DNA of 64,000 bases from assembly GCA_963718615.1 (NCBI GenBank), contig OY970368.1:5632001-5696000 (forward strand). The letters run 5' to 3'. Under the pieces are notes generated by a model. That model was not told the DNA's origin, searched no databases, and saw only the letters and a program-made list of their open reading frames with translations. Both the position numbers and the translations under genes were made by a program. The stretch comes from an uncultured cyanobacterium. GTDB lineage: Bacteria; Cyanobacteriota; Cyanobacteriia; PCC-9006; JAAUQQ01. Shown in pieces: positions 38,724-48,669 of this stretch; position 1 is the stretch's first letter; each line of letters starts with the position of its first letter.

Positions 38724-39773
38724 TCAATACACCTGCTTGGCTGCGCCCAAAACGGTCTCTGGGACGGTCACCCCCATTTTCGCCGCCGAGGTTTTATTCA
38801 CCGCCAGTTCTAGCGTTGTGGGATAGACCACAGGCAACTCAGCCGGGTTATTGCCCTTAAGCACCTGGTCCACCAGTTTTGCTGTTTCGCGACCTACGCC
38901 GTTGTAGTCAAAACTGAGGCTGGCGATCGCCCCCCGCTTGACCGAATCATTATCCCCCGCATAGACCGGCAGTTGGTTTTCCATCCCCACTTGCAGCACC
39001 GCTTCGAGGGCCGAAGCGATGGTATTATCCGTCGGCACATAAATCGCATCCACCTTGCCCACCAGACTTTCCGCTGCCGCTGAGACCCCGGCGGTGTTGG
39101 TGGCAGTTGCTTCCACAAGTGTCATATTTAATTTGGGGGCTTCAGTTTTGAGCAATTGTACGAGACTCACGGAGTTAGCTTCTCCGGCGTTGTAGAGGAT
39201 GCCCAGGGTTTTGACCTGGGGCGTAATTTGCTGGATCAGTTCTAGATGTTTGGCGATCGGCGTCAGATCGCTCACGCCGGTCACATTACCCCCCGGTGCT
39301 TCAGCGGCAGCCACCAGCTTGGCCCCAACGGGGTCCGTCACCGCAGAAAAGACGATGGGAATGTCCTGGGTCGCAGAGGCCGCCGCTTGGGCAGAGGGGG
39401 TCGAAATCGCCACAATCACCTTGGGGTTTTCGCCAACAAACTTCTTGGCAATCTGCGCGGCAGTGGAGGGATTCCCCTGGGCGCTTTCCCAGTCCCACGT
39501 GAGGTTTTTGCCTTCGGTATAGCCGAGAGTTTCCAGCTCCGCCTTGAGCCCATCCCGCACCGCATCGAGAGAGGGGTGTTCGACGATTTGGGTCACGGCA
39601 ACGGTTGGGGTTGCAGCCTGATTATCCCCTGAAGTGCCAGTCGCAGAACTAGAAGAGGGGGGTTGCGATGCACAGCCTACCGTGAGCAGTAGCCCCAAAC
39701 TCGCGGAGGCTAGACTTGGCGTAAAACCCAATAGACGCCCTAGGGAAGAGGACAAGGCAGATTTCAGTACCAT
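38724..39773 (-). CDS. ABC substrate-binding lipoprotein (ABC_sub_bind, aromatic-amino-acid-binding type)
   Basis: Lipobox TVGC; QIVEHPSLD, AISTPSAQ, FSAVTDP, NVTGVSD, YVPTDN. Confidence 0.85.
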   Translation of the reverse strand: MVLKSALSSSLGRLLGFTPSLASASLGLLLTVGCASQPPSSSSATGTSGDNQAATPTVAVTQIVEHPSLDAVRDGLKAELETLGYTEGKNLTWDWESAQGNPSTAAQIAKKFVGENPKVIVAISTPSAQAAASATQDIPIVFSAVTDPVGAKLVAAAEAPGGNVTGVSDLTPIAKHLELIQQITPQVKTLGILYNAGEANSVSLVQLLKTEAPKLNMTLVEATATNTAGVSAAAESLVGKVDAIYVPTDNTIASALEAVLQVGMENQLPVYAGDNDSVKRGAIASLSFDYNGVGRETAKLVDQVLKGNNPAELPVVYPTTLELAVNKTSAAKMGVTVPETVLGAAKQVY

Positions 39774-39810
39774 GGTTTAGGCCAGAAACGGAGAGAGGAG
39801 CAGCAAACAG

Positions 39811-39848
39811 ATCGGACTTCTTCCAATCTATCGGACTTCTTCCGATCT
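39811..39848. repeat. 19-bp tandem direct repeat (2 copies) upstream of the SBP gene
   Basis: atcggacttcttccaatct followed by atcggacttcttccgatct. Confidence 0.8.
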
Positions 39849-40000
39849 ATAGCAGATTTTCTCCTTTCTCTTCAGGCTAGCGATCGCCCTTCTGGCCCAA
39901 TCCGACCTTGCGCTGAGTCGAGAAACAGATTTAGGGGGAAGAACCCTAGGAGCCTAATCGGGGAACCTACTAGGAGCACGGGCTCCCACCTGCAATCGGC

Positions 40001-40693
40001 CTAGCGCCGCGACATCGACATCACTAGCCGCAAGATGTACCAAAACAACAGCGCCACGGATGCAAACAGCTCCAACGACGCCGCTACATGGTGCCGGGTG
40101 GAATAGTGATGCATAACCTTGGACGTGTCATAGAGGATGGCACAGGAGGCAAACCCAACCATCACCGCTGAAAACAGTAGCCCAAGGGTAAAGCCAAAGA
40201 GGGCGCTACAAATAATCAAGCCCAAGGCGACAAAACCACCGATGCGGAGAAATCCGCCGAGAAATGAAAAATCTCGTTTGGTGGTGAAGGCGATCGCCGT
40301 CAATCCCGCAAACATCAATCCCGTTAAAATGCCCGCCGTCGGAATCACCGTGGCATCCGAAAAAACGGCTGCAATATAAATCAGCGGCGCAAAAATCAGC
40401 GCTTGGCCCACGATGTACAAACCCAAGCCTAAGTACTGCAAATTTTCGTTATCCGCTTTTGCCGCTAGACCTCGGGAGAACCAGCCCAAAAGCGAAAAGC
40501 CGCCCAAAATCAGCAACCAGCTAAAGCGGCTGCCAGACACCAGTTGAGCCATCGCCCCGGCAATCCCGGTCTGGATAAAGATATATTCCAGCAAACCAAA
40601 AGCAGCAACCGCTCCAGCCAAATGGGTATAGGTTTTGCGAATAAATTCGGCACGCTCGTCAGGCCGCGCCTGCGCTACGGATAACATGGGCAT
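40001..40693 (-). CDS. Bax inhibitor-1/YccA family membrane protein
   Basis: FIRKTYTHL, about 7 TMs, TKRDFSFLG, ILYDTS, HVAASLELFASVALLFWYILRL. Confidence 0.88.
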   Translation of the reverse strand: MPMLSVAQARPDERAEFIRKTYTHLAGAVAAFGLLEYIFIQTGIAGAMAQLVSGSRFSWLLILGGFSLLGWFSRGLAAKADNENLQYLGLGLYIVGQALIFAPLIYIAAVFSDATVIPTAGILTGLMFAGLTAIAFTTKRDFSFLGGFLRIGGFVALGLIICSALFGFTLGLLFSAVMVGFASCAILYDTSKVMHHYSTRHHVAASLELFASVALLFWYILRLVMSMSRR

Positions 40694-40803
40694 CAGGTTT
40701 TTCTCTCCGTTGGGTCTTCAACAGTCTTAGGCCGATTAATCGCCAGCTTACCCAAGATTCTCTAGGATGGCTCGGGATGACCGGAAAGAATTCACAAGCT
40801 CCA

Positions 40804-42420
40804 TTACTCTTCTTCGCTGAGATCATCGTCGAGGTCGTCAGCCTCCAGATCAGATGCATCTCCATCAAACATAGATGCCTCGTCAAATAAAGCGTCTAGC
40901 TCTTCCTGGGCACGGGAAAGCTCATGGCTCGACAGGCGTTCCCTCGCCGCATTGCTAACGGCCAAGGTTTGTTGCTGGCCTTCACCCTTTTCCGTAGCGG
41001 TGACCGTGAGAATACCGTTGAGATCAAAATCAAAGTGGACTTCAACTTGTAAATCTCCCGCCGGTTTCTGGGGTAAATCTTCGACCTTAAAAGAACCGAG
41101 GGGGACGTTTTCGCGGGCGATCGCATTCTCCCCCTGATAAATTCGAATCTCCACCGTATCTTGGTTATCCACCATCGTTGAATAAACCTCAGATCGGGAG
41201 GTCGGAATCACGCTATTGCGCGGAATAATCGTACTGAAATAATCCGGAATGAATCCCATAGGCGTGTCGATCGCCGCCGAAATCCCGAGGGAATGGGGCA
41301 CCACATCCACCAGAATCGCATCCACCTCAGCACCGGTCAGCACACCGGCTTGCAAGGCCGCCCCCATCGCGACACAGAGATCTGGCTGAATCGTATCCAG
41401 CGGTGCTTGGCCCAAATGATGCTCCACCATTTTGTGCACCAAGGGAATTCGGGTAGAGCCTCCCACTAAAATAATGCGATCGAGGTCTGTTGGCTTCAGG
41501 TTCGCATCTTCGAGGGCTCGGTCGATCGCCTCTAGGGTTTCCTGCAGCAGCGGTTCAATTAATTTCTCAAATTGCTCCCGCGCCAACTCCAGTTCTAAAT
41601 GCAACGCTTTTTTACCCTTGCGGCTGAGAAAGGGAACGCGAACCGTTGTAAAGGCATTAGTACTGAGCTCTAGCTTGGCCTGTTCAGCGGCCTGGGTCAG
41701 TCGGGCCAAAGTAAGGGCATCTTCGGGCACTTCGGCCCCCTGAATCTCGTGAAATTGTTCGGCAAAATACAGCCGCAGCCGCTGGTCAAAATCGTCACCC
41801 CCGAGGCGATTATTACCATGGCTCGCCAGGACCTCTGTGACCTCGCCCGTAATTTCGACAATGGACACATCAAAGGTTCCCCCGCCTAGGTCATAGACCA
41901 AAACCTGTTCGGTTTCTTCGGTGCGGAGATCGTAGGTCAAGGCCGCAGCGGTAGGTTCATTGAGAATTTGTAGAACTTCCAGCCCCGCAATTTCACCAGC
42001 TTCCTTGGTCGCCTGACGTTGGGCATCGGTGAAGTAGGCCGGGACCGTAATCACGGCTTGGCTGACGGGTTCGCCGAGGGCCGTCTCCGCTCGCTGTTTG
42101 AGGGTGCGCAAAATCATCGCCGAGATTTCCTGGGGACGGTAGGCGCGATTGGTTTCGGTTTCAGCCTCAGGAAGCTGAAAAACGGTTGTGTGGTCGGTGC
42201 CCATGTGTCGCTTAATCGAACGGACCGTGCGTTCTGGGGCCGCAGCGTATTGACGCAGGGCTTCACGACCCACGATGAGCTTGCCGTCTGGACTAAATCC
42301 CACGCAGGAGGGCAGCATCAGGTCGCCAATTTCATCGGGGAGAACGTAGGGCTGACCGTCTTTGAGAAGAGCAACTTCTGAGTTCGTGGTTCCGAGGTCG
42401 ATACCGATGGCTTGGGACAT
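40804..42420 (-). CDS. Hsp70-family protein, 538 aa, with truncated lid
   Basis: [41 protein letters not shown], linker [11 protein letters not shown], beta-SBD ([22 protein letters not shown]), then one helix and an acidic tail. Confidence 0.93.
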   Translation of the reverse strand: MSQAIGIDLGTTNSEVALLKDGQPYVLPDEIGDLMLPSCVGFSPDGKLIVGREALRQYAAAPERTVRSIKRHMGTDHTTVFQLPEAETETNRAYRPQEISAMILRTLKQRAETALGEPVSQAVITVPAYFTDAQRQATKEAGEIAGLEVLQILNEPTAAALTYDLRTEETEQVLVYDLGGGTFDVSIVEITGEVTEVLASHGNNRLGGDDFDQRLRLYFAEQFHEIQGAEVPEDALTLARLTQAAEQAKLELSTNAFTTVRVPFLSRKGKKALHLELELAREQFEKLIEPLLQETLEAIDRALEDANLKPTDLDRIILVGGSTRIPLVHKMVEHHLGQAPLDTIQPDLCVAMGAALQAGVLTGAEVDAILVDVVPHSLGISAAIDTPMGFIPDYFSTIIPRNSVIPTSRSEVYSTMVDNQDTVEIRIYQGENAIARENVPLGSFKVEDLPQKPAGDLQVEVHFDFDLNGILTVTATEKGEGQQQTLAVSNAARERLSSHELSRAQEELDALFDEASMFDGDASDLEADDLDDDLSEEE

Positions 42421-42442
42421 GGCTGGAGTTGGGAGAGGGAGA

Positions 42443-42494
42443 TACGAAAATACTAAAGCTACGGAAATACTAAAGCTACGGAAATACGAAGAGC
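42443..42494. repeat. 17-bp tandem repeat (3 copies) between the grpE-like and hsp70 genes
   Basis: tacgaaaatactaaagc / tacggaaatactaaagc / tacggaaatacgaagagc. Confidence 0.85.
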
Positions 42495-42495
42495 T

Positions 42496-43122
42496 TTACT
42501 TGCTAGAAACAATGACTTGGGCTTCCCGGAGGATTTGGTTGCCTTGCTGATAACCGCGCACAATTTCTTCAAGCACAGTATTTTCGGGCAGGTCAGGCTT
42601 GGATTCGCGGCCAATGGCAAACATGCTTTTGGGGTCGAAGGGCTCGCCGAGGGCAGGAATGGGGGTAATTTGCTGTTGGCGGAGGGCATCGAGGAGCGAT
42701 CGCTGGATCAATTCAGCCCCCTCTCGTCCACTGGCAATGATCTCGGCAAGACTCTCGGATTCTGCCTGGGGGTCTATGGCTTGGTCTATAGCCTGGTCTA
42801 TGGCCTGTTTCTCCTCGCTCTCCGGGGATGAATCTTGAGGTGCTCCCACAATTCCTAGGGCTTGGGCGATCCAATCGAGAACGGTTTTGGCAGTTTGCTG
42901 GAAAGGATTGAGGGGGGTGGGTGATGGGGGAAGGGGAGGCGGGGGTTGGAGGGGCTCGGCTTCGGCGTCTTGCCAGTGGGCGCAGGCTTGATCGACGGCA
43001 TCCAGGACGGTGAGCAGATCTTGCAGGAGGCGATCGTGCTGTTTTTTGAGCTGGCTGTATTGTGGACTCGACGGAATGCCAGGGGAATTGCTCTCACTGG
43101 ATAGGGCTGGGGACATACTCAC
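42496..43122 (-). CDS. grpE: GrpE-like nucleotide exchange factor, divergent
   Basis: LLQDLLTVLDAVDQA, GEPFDP, VLEEIVRGYQQGNQILREAQVIVS; long Pro/acidic insertion. Confidence 0.8.
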   Translation of the reverse strand: MSMSPALSSESNSPGIPSSPQYSQLKKQHDRLLQDLLTVLDAVDQACAHWQDAEAEPLQPPPPLPPSPTPLNPFQQTAKTVLDWIAQALGIVGAPQDSSPESEEKQAIDQAIDQAIDPQAESESLAEIIASGREGAELIQRSLLDALRQQQITPIPALGEPFDPKSMFAIGRESKPDLPENTVLEEIVRGYQQGNQILREAQVIVSSK

Positions 43123-43164
43123 AACTCTCAGAACAAATGCTAAACAGTAAAGACTAAAAAAATG

Positions 43165-43458
43165 CTAGAAACTTAGACGAATCAGGTCTTCAAGGCTCTG
43201 ATCGGCTTGGTCTATGATGTGCTGTTGCAGGGATTTGAGCAATTCGGGGTCTAGTTCGGGCTTCAGCGGGCGCGGCGCTAAAAAATCTTCGTATTGGCCT
43301 TGCTCCTGTTTGCGGAGGGTTTCGTAGGCGGCGCGCACGGCTTTGAACTCTTGGGGGTGGGAATGGGCCGGGAATTCTTTGAGCTTGGCGCGGTAGGCCG
43401 CTTTGATTTCTTCGAGTGTTGCAGTTGGGTCAAGACCAAGCGTTTCGTGGGGAGTCAT
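43165..43458 (-). CDS. Small J-like domain protein lacking the HPD motif
   Basis: TPHETLGL...ATLEEIKAAYR...EFKAVRAAYETL; the HPD position reads KEFPAHSHPQE. Confidence 0.8.
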   Translation of the reverse strand: MTPHETLGLDPTATLEEIKAAYRAKLKEFPAHSHPQEFKAVRAAYETLRKQEQGQYEDFLAPRPLKPELDPELLKSLQQHIIDQADQSLEDLIRLSF

Positions 43459-43468
43459 AGGGGCTCAG

Positions 43469-43510
43469 AGAGTTGGCAATTAAGAGTTGGCAATTAAAGG
43501 GTTGGCAATT
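43469..43510. repeat. 14-bp tandem repeat (3 copies) between the TPR and J-like genes
   Basis: agagttggcaatta twice, then aagggttggcaatt. Confidence 0.85.
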
Positions 43511-46035
43511 TAGCGTTTTTTGCGTTTATTCTTCGCCGAACGTCGAGCGCGAGGGGGAGGGCCAAAGAAGTTGAAGGGTAGATCATCCTCTTCATCCTCG
43601 TCATCCCCAAACAAAGCGGCGAATCCGGGAGGCATGTCTGCTTCATTCAGAAATTGTTGTTTGAGAAGTGGCAGCATCTGATCCAATTCCCGTTGAGAAA
43701 CATTGGGTAGCATATTACGGATCATGGCTTCCAACATGCGATCGAGACTCCTCGGATCAAAGGGGTTCAGTTGGCTAAAGTCTGGCATGAGAGCCGCTGT
43801 CTGCTGGTTTTCTGCAAACGCGTGCTCTTCGCGGAAGGCTTGGAGGGCTGCGGCATCCTGAAGGCGGCGAGCAATCTCAAAGCCCTGCTCTTTATAGGAC
43901 TCGTAGGCATCGCTGTGGAGCTTATAGGTGGTGGCTTTGGCCAAGAGCAGCATGGGATTTTGGGGCTCCTTGGCAAGGGCTTCATCCAGGAAAGGCATCA
44001 GGGCATTGGTTTGGGCAAACCAGCGGGCGTGCAGTTGAACCTGCGCTAGGGTGTTACCAGGGGTAGCCGCCCGTTTGAGTAAGCGGCTAATGCCGGGGCG
44101 AATTTGGGTTGGAGTTGTATTTTTAACCGCCAAGAGCGAGAGGTAGATTGATAGGGCTTCGGGCTGTTCACCTTCTAGGGCGAGGAGCTGGTCGAGATAT
44201 TGCTTGAGTAAGCCATCGCGACCCTTTTGACGTTTGCTAAAGAGCATGAGACAGAGGGCGATCGCCTGCAAAACCAAAGGCTGCTCTGGCGTTGCCCCCA
44301 CCTGAGCCAAATGCTTGTCCCAAAGCGCTGCGACCTGTTCTAAATCCACGTCCACCTTGCCGCTCTTACTGGGACGCCCGACCACCGCATCCACAAATAA
44401 GCGTTCTGCAACCTGGGCTGGATGCTTGGGATGATCGCCCCCATCCACTAATCCTTCAAAAATTGGATAGTTTTGGGTCGCTAAGGCTTCAATCCAGCGA
44501 TCGATCTCAACTTCCGAGTCTACGTCTAAATCTCCAAAGCGCTTGCCAAACCGCCGCCGAGCCTCCTTGTGGGCGGCTTTATCGCCTTTCTGTTCCAAGA
44601 GTTCTAGCAAAACACCGTAGCCCTCAGCATAGGTGCTGCCGCCTGCTAGTCCGGCGGTGAGAGAGGCGATCGCCTTCTCGTTTTGATCCTGCAAATAGGC
44701 CCGCAGCCCCTGCCGCACCTTGAGCTCGGGGTGATTGGGATCAAGCCGTTCCGCCTTGCTGAGTTCTTGGTTGATCGCCGCAGGGGGATTGCGCAGGCTG
44801 ATATAAAGATCGGCAGTACGGCAATGTAAACCGACCCGCGCTTGAATTCTCCGCTGCTCCGGCCAATCCTGGGGATGCTTAGGCGCTTCCTGGTCTAACC
44901 ACTGGGCGAGGCGCTTGAGGGTGGCAAGGGCAGTCTCATCATCGTCGTCGAGGGTTGCCGCATGGAAAAGGTTGACGTTCAGTGATACATCCAGCGGGGT
45001 TTCCTGGGCCATCTCCCGCCAAAATTCAATGGCGCAATCCGGGCGATCGTCATCCAGGGCCTGTTCGCCAGCTCGAAGGAACAGGGGGCGCACGAGGGAT
45101 TTGATCTCGGGATAGGTTTCCGGGTCCGGTTTAGCTTCTAAAAACAAATGGGCCGCGTCATGAGCGTTACCTGACTCTAGAACCTTCACAAAGTCGAGCA
45201 AGGCCAGGGGTAAAGACTGGTTTTGCTTGTTCTGCTCACCGAGATCAAACCAGAAGCCCGCCTTTTCATGACGATGCACTCGATTATTAAGCTGAAGCCA
45301 GGATAGAAGGGGATGATTCTCCAGCGTGGGTTGGTCTAGGGGGCGAGACGAGTGCTCCTTGGCTAGCGATCGCATCAATTCCCAAGCGGTATACCACTCG
45401 CCTTGCAACTGCTGTGCATAAACCTGCCAAGCTTTACTGAGATCTCCAGGGGTTGCCGGATCCTTGACCTTGCGAAAATGCGTCAAAGCTTCGGCGGGTT
45501 TTCGGGCTTGAAGCGCTAAAATGCCGCGAACCCAGTGCAGCTGAGTCGCATAAAACCGTTTGGATTGCTCTGCCATTAGCGTCTGCACCGTTTGTCCCTC
45601 GCCCAGGATCAGTAAAAGCTTGAGGTAGCAGCCCGCGTGAGTTTTGGGTAGCGTTTGGTCTTCAAAGGCAGCTTGAATGAAGGCTAAGGCTTCCCTGGGG
45701 CGATCCTGTTCCAGCAGACTTTTGGCTACCCAATAGTGAGCAGTCCCGCTGTAGGATTGGGCTTCGGCTTCTAGCCTCAACGCTTGACGGGCATGGATTT
45801 CGGCCTGCTGCGCTTGACCTTGTCGCAGCGCCTGTTGGGTTTGGGCAAGCAAAAGCTCAACTGCCGTCACACCAAAATCTAGTTCGGGATGGGTCTTTTG
45901 GGTTTTGTTGAGTAGCTCGATCGCTTGCAGATAGTTCTGGTCCTTCAGCAATTGCCGAAACTTTTCCTCAGGAGAGAGTTGGGTTGCCCGTCCCACGGTC
46001 TTAAAAAAACTAAAGCCTTTCTTCCGCTTGCCCAC
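43510..46035 (-). CDS. Large all-helical TPR-like protein (841 aa)
   Basis: TPR-like segments (AHYWVAKSLLEQDRPREALAFI, LSKAERLDPNHPE, ALAKEPQNPMLL); basic N- and C-termini and a subterminal acidic tract. Confidence 0.75.
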   Translation of the reverse strand: MGKRKKGFSFFKTVGRATQLSPEEKFRQLLKDQNYLQAIELLNKTQKTHPELDFGVTAVELLLAQTQQALRQGQAQQAEIHARQALRLEAEAQSYSGTAHYWVAKSLLEQDRPREALAFIQAAFEDQTLPKTHAGCYLKLLLILGEGQTVQTLMAEQSKRFYATQLHWVRGILALQARKPAEALTHFRKVKDPATPGDLSKAWQVYAQQLQGEWYTAWELMRSLAKEHSSRPLDQPTLENHPLLSWLQLNNRVHRHEKAGFWFDLGEQNKQNQSLPLALLDFVKVLESGNAHDAAHLFLEAKPDPETYPEIKSLVRPLFLRAGEQALDDDRPDCAIEFWREMAQETPLDVSLNVNLFHAATLDDDDETALATLKRLAQWLDQEAPKHPQDWPEQRRIQARVGLHCRTADLYISLRNPPAAINQELSKAERLDPNHPELKVRQGLRAYLQDQNEKAIASLTAGLAGGSTYAEGYGVLLELLEQKGDKAAHKEARRRFGKRFGDLDVDSEVEIDRWIEALATQNYPIFEGLVDGGDHPKHPAQVAERLFVDAVVGRPSKSGKVDVDLEQVAALWDKHLAQVGATPEQPLVLQAIALCLMLFSKRQKGRDGLLKQYLDQLLALEGEQPEALSIYLSLLAVKNTTPTQIRPGISRLLKRAATPGNTLAQVQLHARWFAQTNALMPFLDEALAKEPQNPMLLLAKATTYKLHSDAYESYKEQGFEIARRLQDAAALQAFREEHAFAENQQTAALMPDFSQLNPFDPRSLDRMLEAMIRNMLPNVSQRELDQMLPLLKQQFLNEADMPPGFAALFGDDEDEEDDLPFNFFGPPPRARRSAKNKRKKR

Positions 46036-46143
46036 AGTGCCTCCCCCATTGAGTTAACGCTAGATCCACTTTATCAAGTTCCGAGAAGCCAGCGCTCCAC
46101 CCGTAATAAACTGCGAGGGGTCGGATTATGTCTTTTTTTCTGC

Positions 46144-46737
46144 ATGATGCAACAACGTCTTTTCGTAATTCTGATTCTCTTTCTACCGGCCTTGGGGGCG
46201 ATCGCCGGACAATCTGTTGCAACTCACTCAATGGCAACAGAGTCCATGCCTACGGGGACAGCTTACCTTGCGATCGCTCTCATCCTCCTAGGTCTTGACC
46301 AAGCCCGCATGGCGATCGTCGATTTACAGCAAATTGATCAGGTTCAACACATCCCAGACTTCACCGCAGATCCAAGCTTGCAGCGGTTTCGCTGGGTCAC
46401 ATTGAGTACCATCGGGATTGAGCTAGCAGGGTTTTATGGGGCGATAGGGGAGTTGGGGTGGGGGGCGATTGTGATCTTGCTGAGCCAACTTTGGTTTCAT
46501 GGTTTGGCGGGGATTCAGCTGCGACCGGGGGAGGAGAGGGCGATCGTTCCCTTTGGTCTGCGTCCCCGCTTGCCTGTGCTGATTGCCGATGGGGTAGGCA
46601 TTGGTCTGATTATCCTGTGGATGCAGAACATTGCACCGCTGGCGATGGCGTTGGGGCTGTTGGGGATGGTGTTAGCCTATGGTTTGGTGAAAATGGCCCA
46701 ATCGGCATCTTTCATGCTCGCACTCGTACGTAAATAA
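46144..46737 (+). CDS. Hypothetical multi-pass membrane protein
   Basis: About six hydrophobic segments. Start moved to ATG 46144 to avoid overlap with the divergent TPR gene. Confidence 0.7.
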   Translation: MMQQRLFVILILFLPALGAIAGQSVATHSMATESMPTGTAYLAIALILLGLDQARMAIVDLQQIDQVQHIPDFTADPSLQRFRWVTLSTIGIELAGFYGAIGELGWGAIVILLSQLWFHGLAGIQLRPGEERAIVPFGLRPRLPVLIADGVGIGLIILWMQNIAPLAMALGLLGMVLAYGLVKMAQSASFMLALVRK

Positions 46738-47025
46738 TCCCCGCCCAATCATTTTTGATCCTGTGATCGAGCAACCTCATTTGCATGCATGCTTATCTCA
46801 GTAGTTGGAGGGAGCTAGTCAGTTTCTCTCTTGTCAATTTTTTATGATCGGTTACCATAGGCAGACTAACCAGCGAGCAATAAACCGGCAACATTGAGCA
46901 ACAAAAGAGCGTTAGGGGCTGACGACGAGGTATATTCTAGGCATGATGCTATGTTTGCCGAAATAATGGCTTTGGTGTTGGGTGCGATCGCCTGCCTCGT
47001 GTAAACTCTGTCGCATGTTTTTTCT

Positions 47026-48636
47026 GTGATGAATAGTCTTTATAGTCGCTTCAAGCGTTGTGGCCCCAAACTTTGCTGGGCTCTTCCCGCGATCGCCCTC
47101 GGCTTTTTGGGAAGCCGTGCCCAGGCTGCTGATTTTGCCTTAAATACCGACGACCCGGTGCTCCTGTGGAATAACGCTACGCTCCATGCGATTAGCCTTA
47201 CCAGCCCTGGACCCACCCCGGGTTCCCGTGCTCTAGGTATCGTGGCGACGAGTATGTACGATGCCTGGGCTGCCTATGACGAGAGGGCGATTGGTACCCT
47301 CCTTGGCGACTCGCTCCAGGTCTCTACGAACCAGATTAACGGAGCCAATAAACAGGAAGCCATTAGCTATGCGGCCTATCGGGCTTTGACAGATCTGTTT
47401 CCCAACCAAGCTGGGTTGTTTGACCAACTCATGGGAGATTTGGGCTATGACCCTCAGTTTACGGGCACAGACCCGACCTCTGCGGCGGGTATCGGCAACT
47501 ATGTGAGCCAGCAGTTGCTTAACGTGCGACATAACGATGGCTCGAATCAACTGAATGGCTATATCGATACCAGTGGCTATCAACCGGTCAATACTTGGAA
47601 CCAAGTCCAAGACCCCAACGCTTGGCAGCCACTGAGCGTGAATCAAGGACAGACGGTACAGCAGTTTTTGACGCCCCATTGGGGAGAGGTAACACCCTTT
47701 GCTCTAGAATCCGGCGATCAGTTTTTACCGCCTCCGCCGGAGCCATTTCTCGATGCTCAAGGCGCTTTGAACCCAGCCTATATAGCCCAGGCGTTGCAAG
47801 TGCTGGAATATAGCGCTGAGCTCACAGACCGGGAAAAAGTCATCGCGGAATACTGGGCCGATGGTCCGGACTCGGTTTTGCCACCGGGCCATTGGCAGTT
47901 GTTTGGGCAATATATTTCGATGCGAGACCAACTGTCGTTGGATGATAATGTTCAGCTTTTCTTTGCCCTGGGCAATGCGGTGTTTGATTCCGGAATTGCT
48001 GCCTGGGATGCCAAGGTGGTCTACGACTATGTGCGACCGATTACGGCGATTCGCTACTTGGCTGAAAATAATTTGCTCCCTCTGGATCATCCCGATGTGC
48101 GGTTGAATGCAGCAGGTCAAACGGAAATTTACGCCTGGGCAGGACCTGACCAAGGGTCCCAGTGGATTTTGGGCAGCGATTGGTTGCCCTACCAAAACAT
48201 CACGTTTGTTACGCCGCCCTTTGCAGAGTATGTGTCGGGACACAGTACTTACAGCGCAGCGGGGGCGGAAATTTTGCGGCGCTTCACCGGCAGCGATGCC
48301 TTTGGTCTTTGCCACACCGAAGCGGCAAATAGTTCAACCTTTGAAGCCCACACCCCCGACGAGCCGGTTGATTTGTGCTGGGATACGTTCACGGCAGCGG
48401 CAGATGAGGCAGGTATTTCGCGGCTCTATGGCGGGATCCATTTTGCCGACGGGGATTTGAACGGTCGTGCCCTGGGTCGTCAGGTGGGAGCGGCGGTGTG
48501 GGAAAAAACTCAGTTTTATATCCAGGGTGGACAGACGACGAAGGTTCCGGAACCGGCTACGATTTTGGGGATGGTGGTGATCGCTTGGGGGATGACGATG
48601 ACCCGCCGCAAGCCCCGTATCCCTCTGACTGATTGA
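47026..48636 (+). CDS. Vanadium-dependent haloperoxidase-like (PAP2 superfamily) protein with signal peptide and PEP-CTERM anchor
   Basis: SMYDAWAAY, AEYWADGP, WDAKVVYDYVRP (K-x6-RP), PPFAEYVSGHS, SRLYGGIHF; C-terminal VPEP + TM + RRK. Confidence 0.88.
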   Translation: MMNSLYSRFKRCGPKLCWALPAIALGFLGSRAQAADFALNTDDPVLLWNNATLHAISLTSPGPTPGSRALGIVATSMYDAWAAYDERAIGTLLGDSLQVSTNQINGANKQEAISYAAYRALTDLFPNQAGLFDQLMGDLGYDPQFTGTDPTSAAGIGNYVSQQLLNVRHNDGSNQLNGYIDTSGYQPVNTWNQVQDPNAWQPLSVNQGQTVQQFLTPHWGEVTPFALESGDQFLPPPPEPFLDAQGALNPAYIAQALQVLEYSAELTDREKVIAEYWADGPDSVLPPGHWQLFGQYISMRDQLSLDDNVQLFFALGNAVFDSGIAAWDAKVVYDYVRPITAIRYLAENNLLPLDHPDVRLNAAGQTEIYAWAGPDQGSQWILGSDWLPYQNITFVTPPFAEYVSGHSTYSAAGAEILRRFTGSDAFGLCHTEAANSSTFEAHTPDEPVDLCWDTFTAAADEAGISRLYGGIHFADGDLNGRALGRQVGAAVWEKTQFYIQGGQTTKVPEPATILGMVVIAWGMTMTRRKPRIPLTD

Positions 48637-48669
48637 TCTGCTGAACTATGAACTGTGATCTGAACCCTC

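Noticed and set aside
40804-42420. Assigning the symbol dnaK or hscC
   Set aside because: The truncated lid, atypical indel and non-canonical partners prevent assigning orthology by eye.
42443-43510. Tandem repeats as a possible CRISPR array
   Set aside because: Units are 14-17 bp, directly adjacent with no spacers, and there are no cas genes.
45925-46143. N-terminal extension of the 270-aa ORF overlapping the TPR gene start
   Set aside because: An ATG at 46144 gives a clean membrane protein without a head-to-head overlap.
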